A stretch of DNA of 64,000 bases from positions 62,001-126,000 of the forward strand of contig NMRA01000799.1 of NCBI GenBank assembly GCA_002633005.1, given 5' to 3'. Numbering within the stretch: position 1 is the stretch's first letter; every line of letters begins with the position of its first letter. The notes under the pieces were generated by a model, which was given only the letters and a program-made list of their open reading frames with translations, had not been told where the DNA came from and did no database searches. This document shows positions 1 to 12,200 of the stretch, in pieces. The position numbers and the translations under genes were made by a program. This DNA is from Phoronis australis (lineage: Eukaryota > Animalia > Phoronida).

Positions 1-28
1 ATGGTGAGCTGCTACTTCGTTATTTGAG

Positions 29-145
29 CTGTTATTGTATGTAGTGCACTGTTATTGTACAGGTATGTAGTGCAATGACAAGGCACTGTTATTGTATGTA
101 TTGCACTGATCCGGCACTGTTGTTTTATGTAGTACACTGACCGGA
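29..145. repeat. Degenerate short tandem repeat
   Basis: About 5 copies of tgttattgtatgtagtgcac-like units. Confidence 0.6.
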
Positions 146-1417
146 AAGTGTTTTCTATAACATTTTGTGCTCTGATATAGATAAGAGTGCATATTGCTGC
201 CATCGACTTCTGGTGTCCAGGCATCGACCAGTCATCGTCATAGTAGGTTGGCAGATGTGTTCTATAGAGCTGACAACAGATGAGAATAACCATCAGATAG
301 ACGTGATTAACGCATCTCCCCCTAGTTGCAATTTTATTATTTTATGTTTGCATCTCTGTCTTCAGAGGCCAATGAATAATGAAATTCAGCAAATAGGTTT
401 CTGTTAAGGCCATGTAGAACCCTAGAAAAATAACAAAACCTGGTAAACTTGCGAGATAGCTGATCAGGTTGATAATAAAACTTTCCGGGGCTCTTCTTCT
501 GTAGGCCCTGCTCGACCCTAACTTTAGGAATTGTTTATCATAAGGGGCTATCAAACAAAAGTTTTTGGAAGTTGTATGAAACAAAAGACAGATTGTAACA
601 ACGTTTTTAGATACATTGATGTCAACTGAAACTTGAAAGCCAAGGTCAGCACATCATCAACTTGACAGCAGTTTTCAGAATGTTTACCTGTAGAAAATAA
701 ATACTTTTACTGACTTAAAGTCTGTTGTTTGTATCAATTTGGATAAAAACACAGACATATGGACAATATCATACATATCGTTGAGAAAACGAGATGTTTT
801 AATTTCCATTTCCAGACAGATTGAAAATTTTGCATGAGCTAAAGGCCATTTTTATTATTTACCGCCTACTTTTGGCTTCTGCCTTTTCATTTGTATAACT
901 ACTAACAAGATCAGGTCCCTATTATTGTGGCTCCCCCTAGTGACAATTTTGTATTAATACGTCTGCAATTCTATCTCATTAAGCCCTTCAAGGATGAATT
1001 TGACAATTGGAGCGGGTTTTTCGGTTCCAGTGTTTTTGCTGATTGCAACGTGTGCCTGTCGACGGCGAGTAAATCTATGTCTTGTAGAGAACGATAACTT
1101 CCACATCTTTCTGTGTATTCTTATTGGTTTATAATTTAGAGTTTTGTACTTTCTTCCTGAGGTATGAGAAGATAGGTACTTAAGCAATTTAACTTGAATT
1201 TCATGAAATGATGTGAAATCTGTGATTGCTCCTTAACTGATGTTGCTGTCATGCCGGATGGCGTTCAGGAAATAGGTAATCATTCTCCACAGTCACGTTA
1301 TTTAATAATAAAATTACATAACAGCAAAGCGTTTTCTTCCACTGACGTGCAATAAGTTATGTTTTGTACTTAACATTGTGTTTCCCACTGAAGTGCGTTC
1401 CCCTTGTTTTCCAACAG

Positions 1418-1558
1418 GCCTCAGCAACTGCAGTATGCATAATGGCGGATGTAGTCATTTCTGCTTCCCGACCTTCGATCCACAGGTCACCACAGGTCGA
1501 GTGTGTGGTTGCCCTGACAACATGAGATTGGAAGCGGGGACTAACACCTGTAAAGAAA
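1418..1558 (+). CDS. LDLR-like gene: EGF-like domain exon
   Basis: ccaacag|GC...GAAA|gtaagt, phase 1-1; LSNCSMHNGGCSHFCFPTFDPQVTTGRVCGCPDNMRLEAGTNTCKE has six EGF cysteines. Confidence 0.9.
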
Positions 1559-4500
1559 GTAAGTGACGCAAAACTACCAATTTAGTTTAGCCTACAGAAC
1601 TGTTTATGCTCCATGTTAGGCTCAGGTCAAAGTTCAAGAATAGAATGATTGGAATTAGTTGATATTGGATCATTTCTGCTACTAATGGGCGTTACAAGCA
1701 TATAAGACTGATGTGGAACATTGTCTAGTTCATGTAACAACTGGTAAGAGTCGCTAATGACCCAGTTTCCAATTCTGGTGAGCAAGACGGGCAGAGTCGA
1801 CAATGTCCTTCCAATAAGGAATATTTCGAAATGTTGGAACAGTGTTCTTTGTGCTTGCTTACTCTGTTACACAACTGTAGCACTATGGCAGTGTAGCGGG
1901 CACAAGATATAATAAACATGCTGACAAGTCAAAGGTGCCGAGATGTCTCAGTGCACGATGCGACACCATCATTTTCGCCATAGAGTCGATCGTTGCGATG
2001 ACTAGGACCAGCTCTGGTCTGCTCCCATCTAACTGGCTCATCCCGCGAGCACTGTCCACTCCGTGGTTTTTGGACCAACACTGTATTCCCACGGCCATGC
2101 CGGCGTTGTTGAGAATGAGCAAGCAGACCAACTTGCCAATCAAGCTGTGATACCAGTGCCTCGGAAAATTTTTGCACACGTGACGTCAAGCTGCTTCGAC
2201 ACAGAACACATGAGTAAATACAGAGAGGGCCTTCGACTATATGTTCAATGTGGCCATTCAGCTTCCAGCCACCGTAACTGTCGGCGCCCTTCGTTGTAAC
2301 ATTCAAAGCAGCAGCAGGTACATGCTCCGAGTAAGAAGGACTCTCAAATAATGTCTTAAAAGGACCCAACTTCGGCGGCGAATTCCATATCCACATTCAT
2401 TCAAATGGAGATGAACCCAACACAATAAACCACGCGGCGAGCCTGTGCTGTCTCAATGTCAATTCAGCGCTAACACTTGGGGAAGCCCTGGTGACTGTTA
2501 TTTAGAAATATTTGTTAACTTTTCATGTAACAATTTCAAAGAATATTTATTATATTCTGCCTTGAATATTTTATATGAAAACTAAATTCAATTGTTAAGT
2601 TTAAAATAAAGTTACTAACAAAAAGTAAGTGGTTTTATTTTACGTTGCATAGGCGTGTTTAACAAAAGTTGCGCCAAGTGGTTTAAAGTTTTAAACACGT
2701 CGAGTTTTTACGGAAATAGATCGTTTTTACGGTTCATCTGAGAAAACAAATACCGAGGGATTTTGAAAAAACTTTCTAAGAGGTTTTGCCCATGTCATAA
2801 ACTTGAGACGAGTAAAGGATTCCCTATATTCGCGTGCGTTTGGCATTAAAGTGCATCATTTTGCTTTGGCGATTAGTCGAGGTGAAACTTCACCTTGAGT
2901 TTTAGTGCAGTGAATACAGGATGTTGTGAAAATGTTCAATAGTTCTGGCTGTCAATGTATGGTTGGTACGATTGCTTAAAAATTTATGTTGCCTGGAAAC
3001 GTGGCAGGGAGGTTTAAAATGTCTTAAAATTTCGATGATTGATTGTTTGAATAAGGCGTGTGATTAGTTGTGATTGGTCGCAGTGAGGAAAGACATTTAA
3101 TCTTTACTGCATTGGCCTGTATGGTTTTAAGCCGTTGAAATGTTCCACATCAATATAAATATAAATATAAATATGTATATATATATAACGTAGTGGGGAA
3201 AAGGTCGAAGCTATTGTAAAGAATTAGTGTACATAGAGTCTGTCATGACAAATTTTCCAAATAGCATTTTCATCTGCAGATTCAGAATTTTTAATTAGTA
3301 TAGGTCAGCCAATGGGTATACCTCGTGTAAAACAGAAGAAATCTGCCATACTTTTGCAGTTTCTTAACAGTTTAAAAAAAAACAAAGTGAAGTGGATTTC
3401 GAGTTGACGTCAAGAGTGATATAAGAGTGCGTGCAGTTTGGATGTGTTTCCCCACTTGGTGTTGTGAGTCATAATTAGAGCATGATCTTACTATCATTCA
3501 GGCAAGCTTTCATGTTCAGCAGTTCCCTTTTTGTAGCCATCCTAACGTCTACGCCCTCTACAACAACTACGACTGTGCCAACAACATCAACAACGACAAC
3601 AACAACAACAACAACAACAACAACGACGACGACAACAACAACAACAACAACAACGATGCCACCAATGACAACAACAACAACGATGCCACCAAAGACAACA
3701 AAAACAACAACGATGCCACCATCGACAACGAGGACGTTGCCAACCACAAGTACTATGCCACCAACCACAAGAACTATGCTACCAACGAAAACAACTATGC
3801 CACCAAAGACAACAGCGACCTCAGGTGATTGCAAGGCCTGTTTTATCCTTCATTGCTTTCTGGGATCAGCTAACATCATTGTAACAATGCTTGCTGCTTT
3901 AACTGGTTTTGACTGCATTTTAGTCCCTGTGAATTTTACTTGTCTTCTGACTGGTCCCCCAATAATGTTCTTTGACCAATACTGCAATGCATGGTGTGTC
4001 TGTGGTATGACAAAAATTTCAAATACACTGACTGTATCCATGACAACGAACGAAACAAAGCCAACACCAACATCATTCTGTGCTTGTAGATGAGGATGTT
4101 ACAGGAATTTCAACAACAACTACCAGGCATTCATCAACAACAACAATGATGTTATGTCTGGTCCATCAATGTTGTCAGTGACAACTGAAAGAAGAACAAG
4201 GACACCTGCTAGGGAGATAATGAAAACAAAAATAGTCCAGGGATTGTGATGATCTATAAGCTATTTAGTGTTCGGTGGCCCAGTTACAGCCCGTGAACAC
4301 AGATGCAAACAGTCAAATTAAAATTATGCAAAACTGTGGACTCACTCAGCACCTTAAAAAGAAACAACACAGCGTAAGCCCACAGTAACACATAGCATAT
4401 GACACACAGTGAGTACTTGACTTAACAAGATACAACACTCCAGGTCACAAAAATGGACGAACGACCACACCCATTAAATGAAGCGTGAATTGCACAATAT

Positions 4501-7500
4501 CTGAAAAAGACTGCAGACTTGTAAAGCACAACTGGCAACTGCCAAAACTACAACGATTACAACAACATACTCATATTTAGCTGCTCAGTTAAAAAATATA
4601 GATTATTCAATTTGCAATAGCATATCTTGGTAACAGCACTGCACGTCTGTCCGTTTCAAAAGATGCGGGCAAATTAACCCTAATCCACTCACATGGTTAG
4701 AAAAACCCAGCGCACTCAACGGCAATCGTCAACAGCAAACTTTCGCCTAGCTGAAATAATCCGTAACAATATCAACAATGCAAAGAATCGAAACAAAACT
4801 AGCTTGTAAACAACAACAGCAAGATCATCAACAACAAAACCTCCGTTAACAACAATAACAACAAGAAGACCTACACCTTCTTTTAGTTCAGTAGACATAG
4901 CAGCAAAGAAAGCCCTTAAAAATAACAACAAGTAGACCTGCACGTTCTTTTAGTTCAGCAGACACAGCAGCAATGAAATCCTCAAAAATAACAACAAGTA
5001 GACCTGCAAATTCTTTTAGTTCAGTAGACACAACTGCAGAGAACCCCTCAACAACAACAAGAAGACCTACTCCTTCTTTTAGTTCAGTAGACACAGCAAC
5101 AATGAAGCCCTTAACAATAATAACAATTAGAGCTACACCTTCTTTTAGTTCAGTAGACACAGCAGCAATGAAGCCCTCAACAACAACAAGAAGAAGACCT
5201 ACACCTTCGTTTAGCTCAGTAGACACAGCAGCAATGAGGACCTCAACAATAATAACAATTAGAGCTAGACATACTTTTAGTTCAGTTGACACAACAGCAG
5301 AGAAACCCTTACCAACAACTTCATCAATAGGTGCTGGTAAAACGTCGTCGGACATCTCTCAATCGATGATCTTAACTACCATCTATTGTCTTTATTGATC
5401 ACTCTCGTGTCACTGTTTCTATTTTATGACCTCAAATTTGTATTTTCTATGGCATTTAAGATGTCTGAAACCTCCTCAAATTCCTGCACTTTTCACAAAG
5501 TTGACAGATTCAATCCAGTTGAATGTAGTTTGTATACTTACAGATCTTTTAAGAATTGAATCATGAATTTAACTTACTGGTCTCAAATAAAGAAATGGGA
5601 ATGCTGTGATTGACAAACATTGAACATCTCGATGATGTCATCTGCTTCTGGATGGCATAATGCCTGTTAGATTTAGGATAGACTCCCAAGATGCCACGTC
5701 GTGCTATTAATTCTCGTATTGCCATGAAATTTTCATTTTTATTGAGACTTGTTTGCAAAATCCAAGTCTGTTTTCAAGTGAAATGGAATTATTATATAGC
5801 TCCAGAAAGCGAGTTGCGTTATGTGCTTTACTTCTTGCACCCTGTCTACATAAAACTCACAAATGTGAATAGATTGGGAGGTGATAAATATGTGAAGCAT
5901 AAAGCTATATGCCTGTGGTGTACATATGGTCTCCCGTGTCGCACCGTCCACCAATGCTGAATACTCATGGTGGTCTCGGTGAGAGTGACCCCTGAATTTT
6001 TTTGCAGACTCTTCCTTTTACAGGCATATCTATTGCCTTTCAGGTGTCTTCATCTACTAAACACTCCCTTCTACAATCAGATCTCAACATTATAGGAATT
6101 GAAGACACATTTGCCACTCGTTTGTTGTAAGCTGGGCAAAGTTTTGGAGTCACTGATACTCGAAATTCACTACATGATCATTGAGAGCAATCTCCTCTTT
6201 CCTCCTTGGATAGAAACTGTTGACTATCAAGTTCATACAGTAATGTTGTGATGTGTCTCCAACACCCCCTAGCGGATTAGCCTCGTAGTGGATTAGGAGC
6301 AACAAGGAGTTTAACCATACTTACTCTACATGTACTTCTTTTTCTCCTTGCCTTGATTTCTTTTCACTTCCGGTACGTTCCGTAGTGTCACTTATTAGTG
6401 TCATTCTTTCAAAGAATGCCGGTAAAAGACTATTAAAAACCATTCCTGAATAAGTGCCTGGTCTCAAAAAAAAGCTCCGGGGTTGGTGATTGACCTATTG
6501 CAAGTCTCATGATACCCAGGTCCGTAGCCAGGGGGTTCGGGGGCTCGGTCGAACCCCTCCCCCGCGGAAAAGGTCCAGTCTCAGCCTATTCGATAAAGAT
6601 AGGATATATACGAACAACAAAAATTGTTGCAGCTGCTGGTACTACTATCTACAGTGATAACTAAGTTAGTATTAATTTTGCATGCCTTAAAATCGACCAA
6701 GAAACAAAACAGCAGAAATAAGGTTTGTTGTATGCTATTTTGGTATACTTGCTAGCATAGTACGGTAAATTGCAGGCATTTTCAAATTTTGAATTGAAAG
6801 TCATTTTCAAATATGTTATTCATCCATTGTCCACTTTGATTGTGGATTGGTGGATTGTCATGCATGTGTATGCACGTGTGTGGGTTACCATTCTTTTAAT
6901 TTACTGCTACTATGGACAGTCTCCCGTCGTCGCTACCGTGATTTCTAGCACTGGGTAGGTTCACAGTATTAGGGAAAAGTAGGTGTAGACTTTATAAAAA
7001 CGTTGGACACTGAATAAAGTTTTCTCTCGTCAATCAGTGTCAATGATGAACAACCTCTCTGACTTCATACGACCAATAAACTTGATGGAAAAGATGTCCA
7101 AGGTTTCATGTCACTACTCCCTACTTCCGAGTATCTCTACCTTCGAAAGATCACTACTTCGAATGTCTTCAACTCCGACAGTACATTACTGTGCGTTCCT
7201 GCTCATGAATTGGAGCTGAAATGACTATTTTTGTCCATTTAGTAACCAATTAAAAGGTGGTCAAGAGTTGAATAGTTCTTAAACAATTTGATACAAGAAT
7301 TAATTTCCTATCACTGCCAATCGTGATTCTTGAATCTAACTAAGGACTCATTGTCAAGCAGGGACTACATCTGGAGTACGGGTGATGGCTGCGGCGACCA
7401 ACCGCGCTTTTCAATTTAAGATAATACGGGACCCTTACTTCGCGGAGACTGGCAGAGACAGGACTGCTAACTACATTCAGTTTCGACCCGGTCGTGCGCG

Positions 7501-9765
7501 TGGTTTCGGTAGAGGAGGATGGGGTGCAGCGTCCCTAAGCTTTTCAGTCGCGCTGTGAAATGATGCAATCTTTACATGGATTTCAGAGGTACATCTAAGG
7601 GAACAGAATCAAAAACAAAAATTAAAAAACGTCACCAGGAAAACGAAATCAGCTACAAAAAACAAAAAATCTTACACGGGAGGACGGGAGGTGGGACGCA
7701 ATGAACTTATGTACTCTGGTGGTCTCTTCAAGTCAATATTACAGAAACTTTGTTATTGTCTTTAAAGTTGTCTCGATGCTTACTCTAACCAATTGTTTTT
7801 CACTATAGTGTCTGAGACTGATACATCGACCAAAACTACGATAACCGCACCTCAAGTATACAGCAAGAAACCACTTCCTCCAAAACCTGGTAATTATATG
7901 CAAATGTATAGTGCAACATTCATGTCTTAATATAGCAAATGTGTAGGAGCACCACTTATTGGATGCTCTTCAAACTTGTAAGTATCCCGAATTTTGTTTT
8001 CGTTGTTTATAATATTATTACTTGGAAACATGGAATTTGTCCAAGTCTGTTGCTGTGTCTTAAAATTTGTTATTGTTTGTTTCTTTGTTCGCACGCTATA
8101 GATCGCATTTCGAATCTGATCAACGTGGAATTTACACTGATTAGAGACAACATGTATATTATGAATGACTCAAATCCTGTTGTTTCTGGTTAAAACCGGA
8201 AGCAAGGAGACGTTTTGATGACCATTTTTTACTATATTTTGGTTTGCGGGGTCATAACTCCGCTGTCTCTGGAGGGATTTTTCTGATTAATATATATATA
8301 GATTATTACATGGCGAAGTTTGATATCCCCTGTTATCTAGAGCCCGATTGAATGTTGGAGAATTATCGACCGAGGGGCGTCAACCCCTAGTGTGATAATT
8401 CTACAAAATCTACGAGGGCTCTAAATAAGGGAGATAACGACTGAGAACATGTAATAAATACTGAATCAGAAACATTGCAATGAATCGATGCGTCTAATTT
8501 GTCATAGCGTATAAATGTCGGTACAATGCCCTTTGCTGAACATGCGATTGTTGCGCGTGCTCATTTAAGTATTCTATTTTCACCTTCGATGACGTCAGCC
8601 GCTGAGTGGTGTAGCGGTAAAGTCGGCGACCCGAAACACTTGAGGCCGGGTTCGAAACCGGCCTCGGTTTCTCTCCAAAATGTTATTCTCACTAGTGAGA
8701 TAACTAGATGGGTTTATGCAGAGTTTTATTTGCCATTCGACGCTAATGGTGTGGTATGAAATTTTTATTTGTTGTTTTTAATTGAGATTATTAATTGTTA
8801 TTATATGTGTATCAAGTTGTATGTTATATTTAGTGTATCGCTTCACCAATAGAAAAATAGAAAAATTTGATTTTGCTAGAATTTACATGTGAATATTCAT
8901 GCATCCGGCTTATGACATTCAATGCAGTACAAAACATGTAAATTTCTTCATTTGGTTTGGCTTGCGATCTGATTATGTTGAATCTGACCACAGGTGTCAC
9001 TGGTGTCAGTGTATGTGCGTGCGTGAGTTCGTGTGTGTGGCCCTTTACATTGGTTTGTTGAATAAGTTGTGAGATTTTGGATTCAGTACAAACCAATGCT
9101 ACGGTAGAGAGATGCCATCAGACCTTTCGTGAGCCTGCTTATGTCGTAAGGTACAGCACAGATCCCAAATTTTGTCCGACAATCTGCCGGCGACTGTTCC
9201 CAAGTATTCAAAGAAAAGTTTTATGAATTTTATCTTGTTTTCAGTTTCGTCTACCTCGCATATGCGTCTATCGTAAATAACCCCATGAGTATATAACTGT
9301 TGGAACCAGTGGTTTAAATTATCGCAGTCTGGGATGGGAAACACCGTTGCCGCCCTGCCACCAAGCTACACTACTGCTTCAAACATTCCTGGCACCAAGA
9401 TCTGAACTGCAAGCAGCGACCTCATTCATAATTCTAACACATTGTTTCAGGTGCTAACAAACAAGATCCCTCAAAAGTACTCGATGGAGGTGCTTTAGCC
9501 GCCATTGTTGTCAGCGTCATTGTGGTCCTTGTGCTGATTTCTGTGGTTGCCTTCTTCTTGTGGAGACGACAGTAGGTATTAGGCTGTCCTTGTCGCAGTT
9601 TATACTATGCGCGGTTTACAAAAGTGTTTGCATAATTAAGGTGAGGTTCTTGGCCATTATGTCTTGCGTTTGTCCCCTGCCAAACTTTTTCATGCATTTA
9701 TTATCAATGAGTACATTTACATTAACACAAAAGACAAGAACACCACAGACACGCACACACACACA

Positions 9766-9805
<40 letters not shown>

Positions 9806-11199
9806 TATCCTACGCCTAATCCCCTTGACTACTAAGAAAAAGAGTTTCAAAATTACATCATCTTTTTTGTGCAAACTCTGAATTCAGATCCTTACGAACA
9901 CTATACTTTTCACTCATATAATATTGTTTGATGAAATTAAAAAATCTACTTAGAAGTAATCTTTTTGATCCGAACTTTTGGGTATAAATAAACTCTTTAC
10001 CGAATAATAGAGCAATGTTTTTAAAATTTTACTTTTTATCAAAAAAAATAAAAATAATATTGTTGCAGGAGAGAGTGACAACACACTGGAGATTTACTTT
10101 GATTTCAATATTACATTTTGCCCAAAATGAATTCACTGTTTCAAATTCTCAAAATAAGTGTTTCAAAGTTACTTTCGATTGTCCACAAAATGAACAAGAG
10201 TCATCATCCGAATTATTTTTTAAAATGATATAGTAGTCAAAATTCTCGTCAGAGATCTGAACTGACACTTGTTCTCTGGTCATGAACACGTTCACTATTA
10301 TAAATCTAACGTGAAAGTTGGATCTGGTACACTCTGTGTTATGAAGAGACAAAAAGACTATTAGGCTGAATAGTGAGGTACACTCCTTGTAATGAAGAAA
10401 CATAGATAATATCAGGCTCAATATTCAGGTACACTTTGTGTGATGAAGAGACAAAAAGAATACCACGCTCAATAATACACTCTGTGCAATGAAGAGGCAA
10501 AGAGAATCCAAGGCCCAATAGTGAGGTATACTCTGTGTAATGAAGAGACAGAGAATACTAAGCTCAATATTGAGTAGACCAGGGGCTTACAACGTCTCCA
10601 CAATTAAACTCCTCTTGACTAGCAATACGCTGTCGATGCATCATGACACACTCCCCACTAAGTGTTATTGAAAAGAGAGCCTGGCAAGGGAGGCCTTAAT
10701 CCCTCACAGAATGTTACCATTAAGGTAAATAAGTAAATAAAATGCTGTGATAGGCAATTTATGGATATTTTGTGAAATGGGTGCAACGATCCAACACCTG
10801 GATATATGTCTGCAAGGTAATAAGGGAGAGTCAGTTGGTCATGCTTATGACGTCAGGCGCTAACACCTGTCCCAGCCGTGCTGCTATTTGTCTCAAAATA
10901 TTGGAGAATTGTAAATACATCGTGTACGTCATGTTATTGATTTTTTCCGTTTCAGCTGGTCAGTGTATCGCAGCAAGCGTTACAACATTGAAGGGGATGC
11001 CTCTCTGTGCGGTGCGGATGAGGTTCCTTTTGGCACGTACCAGTCACCAGATTACATCGGTTTTGCTAACCCGATCTACGACACAGCAGAGGGGGCAGAG
11101 GCACGCGGCATCAATCCCAACATGACTGTGAAGGATTCTCAACCAGAGGTGCACTTTGGTCCGGATATGACAGGACTGCCAGAAAAGAGTGTCGCTTAG
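1418..11199 (+). CDS. 3' portion of an LDLR/LRP-family-like single-pass receptor (spliced; 5' exons lie upstream of the window)
   Basis: Phase-compatible GT-AG exons 1418-1558, 3537-3824, ~4959-5336, 7809-7889, 9451-9571, 10956-11199. They encode an EGF (CSMHNGGCSHFC, the type that follows YWTD propellers), a Thr-rich stalk, a TM helix, and a tail containing FANPIY (FxNPxY). Confidence 0.8.
1930..2300 (+). mobile_element. Decayed retrotransposon RNase H fragment (intronic)
   Basis: CIP/(frameshift)/GHAGVVENEQADQLANQA matches the RNase HI C-terminal motif W(I/V)PGHxGxxGNExADxLA. Confidence 0.6.
3537..3824 (+). CDS. LDLR-like gene: poly-Thr mucin-like exon
   Basis: ttttgtag|CC...TCAG|gtgatt, phase 1-1, 288 nt; (ACA/ACG)n poly-Thr followed by TTMPPxTT repeats. 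Confidence 0.8.
4850..5300 (+). repeat. Coding-type minisatellite, 7 units of 63-67 nt
   Basis: The ttttagttcag core recurs, ending at 4891, 4958, 5024, 5087, 5153, 5219 and 5285. Confidence 0.9.
4959..5336 (+). CDS. LDLR-like gene: probable mucin tandem-repeat exon (acceptor position ambiguous)
   Basis: Open frame of 21-22 aa repeats (TTRRPTPSFSSVDTAAMKPS); phase-1 donor GCTG|gtaaaa at 5337; several in-frame phase-1 acceptors. Confidence 0.5.
6517..7700. mobile_element. Degenerate hAT-like non-autonomous element
   Basis: CAGGTCCGTAGCCAGGGGG left terminus of hAT-MITE style; minus-strand remnant resembling the hAT dimerization domain (M..ERL/SSLTLI) near 7020-7160; right end not resolved. 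Confidence 0.4.
7809..7889 (+). CDS. LDLR-like gene: small Thr/Pro-rich exon
   Basis: tttttcactatag|TG...CCTG|gtaatt, phase 1-1; SETDTSTKTTITAPQVYSKKPLPPKP. Confidence 0.75.
8303..8457. mobile_element. Long imperfect palindrome (hairpin-type repeat element)
   Basis: Nested arms ttattacatg/catgtaataa, tagagccc/gggctcta, agaattatc/gataattct, agggg/cccct. Confidence 0.65.
8601..8668 (+). pseudogene. tRNA-derived (SINE head-like) sequence
   Basis: Pol III A-box TGGTGTAGCGGT, B-box GGTTCGAAACC, partial acceptor stem GCTGAG/CTCGGT; anticodon arm irregular. Confidence 0.55.
9451..9571 (+). CDS. LDLR-like gene: transmembrane exon
   Basis: tgtttcag|GT...CGACA|gtaggt; GGALAAIVVSVIVVLVLISVVAFFLW followed by an RR stop-transfer. 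Confidence 0.88.
9750..9801. repeat. (CA)n microsatellite
   Basis: Directly visible. Confidence 0.95.
10326..10575. repeat. Minisatellite, about 51-nt unit x5
   Basis: aggtacactctgtgtaatgaagagacaaaaagaata..aggctcaatagtg repeated head to tail. Confidence 0.85.
10956..11199 (+). CDS. LDLR-like gene: terminal cytoplasmic-tail exon
   Basis: ttttccgtttcag|C, phase 2 matching the TM exon; WSVYRSKRY...GFANPIYD...EKSVA*, TAG at 11197-11199. Confidence 0.88.
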
Positions 11200-11878
11200 A
11201 CAAGGAATGCCGGTAGCAAGACACTTGGTGGCAACAGTAACCATTGACAACTCTTGCATCGAGATCATCATACAACTACTACTTAAGATGGAGTTGCCAT
11301 GGTTATTACAAACGATGTTGATATGGTCTAGTCAGTCGGACTTAGTATATGCTGAGTTGAGTCAGACTTGAATATATCGCTTGTGCATAGCAATATAAAT
11401 TCTCTGTCTTGTAATCTCTGTTACTGAGATACTACGTTAATGGAAATGGTGCAAGCATTTGGAGACTTTATGTGTGAGATGCAACAGATCCAGTGAGAGC
11501 TCGTGCCATGTGGGGTGTCTTAAGTCTTTCTTGGCTAGGTTGCATTGGAGTAGTTGGGTCCACTTATTTTTATTTAGCCTTCATGCTATTCGAAGAGCTA
11601 GAATGGTTTATACTAGAGCTGATTGTGCTTAGCAATGTGCTTGGTTAAATGCGATGGGGATTTAACAAGTGCTTAATGGGAACAATTTCAATACATATCT
11701 TAAGGCCATTGTATATGCGTGTGATAATTATTACAGATTAACCCACTGGTCAAAGAATCTTTGACTCTCAACAAACTGAAGTGTTAGTAGCAGCTTTGGT
11801 ATGAATGACTGTCAAAAGCAAGTCATGCATGCACGGTTTGATGTCGAATGTATAGTCTACGAGGTGATTGTGCTGGTT

Positions 11879-11884
11879 AATAAA
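11879..11884 (+). promoter_or_regulatory. Candidate polyadenylation signal of the LDLR-like gene
   Basis: AATAAA about 680 nt after the stop, followed by T/GT-rich sequence. Confidence 0.4.
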
Positions 11885-12200
11885 CAAACATCCCAATACA
11901 TGTTCATCATGAAAAACTGTTTTGCGTCACTCTGATTTCATGTATTTGATTATTCAACGTGAATATTTTCAACAATTTATACAGGTGATATTCAAGGGAC
12001 GAAATTTAAGATGACATAAGGTCCGTTAAATTATGAACCTTCTTTTTGACCAAATTTTCGTGTTTGTTGTACTGTTGTGATTCCATTGAATGTTTCAATT
12101 TCTGTTTTTTGTTTGTTTTAAAGTTGCCAACTTACACATGCTTGTTCTTATGTGAAACTTGTTTTTAGATTTGAAATATTGTAATTTTGTGTTATTAAGC

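Noticed and set aside
3475-3834. Poly-Val and poly-Leu ORFs on the minus strand
   Set aside because: They are the antisense shadow of the poly-Thr exon.
4716-5355. Hydrophobic repeat ORFs on the minus strand resembling a multi-TM protein
   Set aside because: They are antisense of the mucin repeat, with no independent splice or homology support.
6044-6130. Extra exon of the LDLR-like gene after ttgcctttcag
   Set aside because: A TAA stop follows almost immediately in the required phase-1 frame.
8601-8668. Functional tRNA gene
   Set aside because: The anticodon and T arms do not fold canonically; treated as a tRNA-derived repeat.
10326-10575. CRISPR-like array (also 26127-26266 and 4850-5300)
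   Set aside because: Units are head-to-tail with no unique spacers, no cas genes are present, and the context is eukaryotic.
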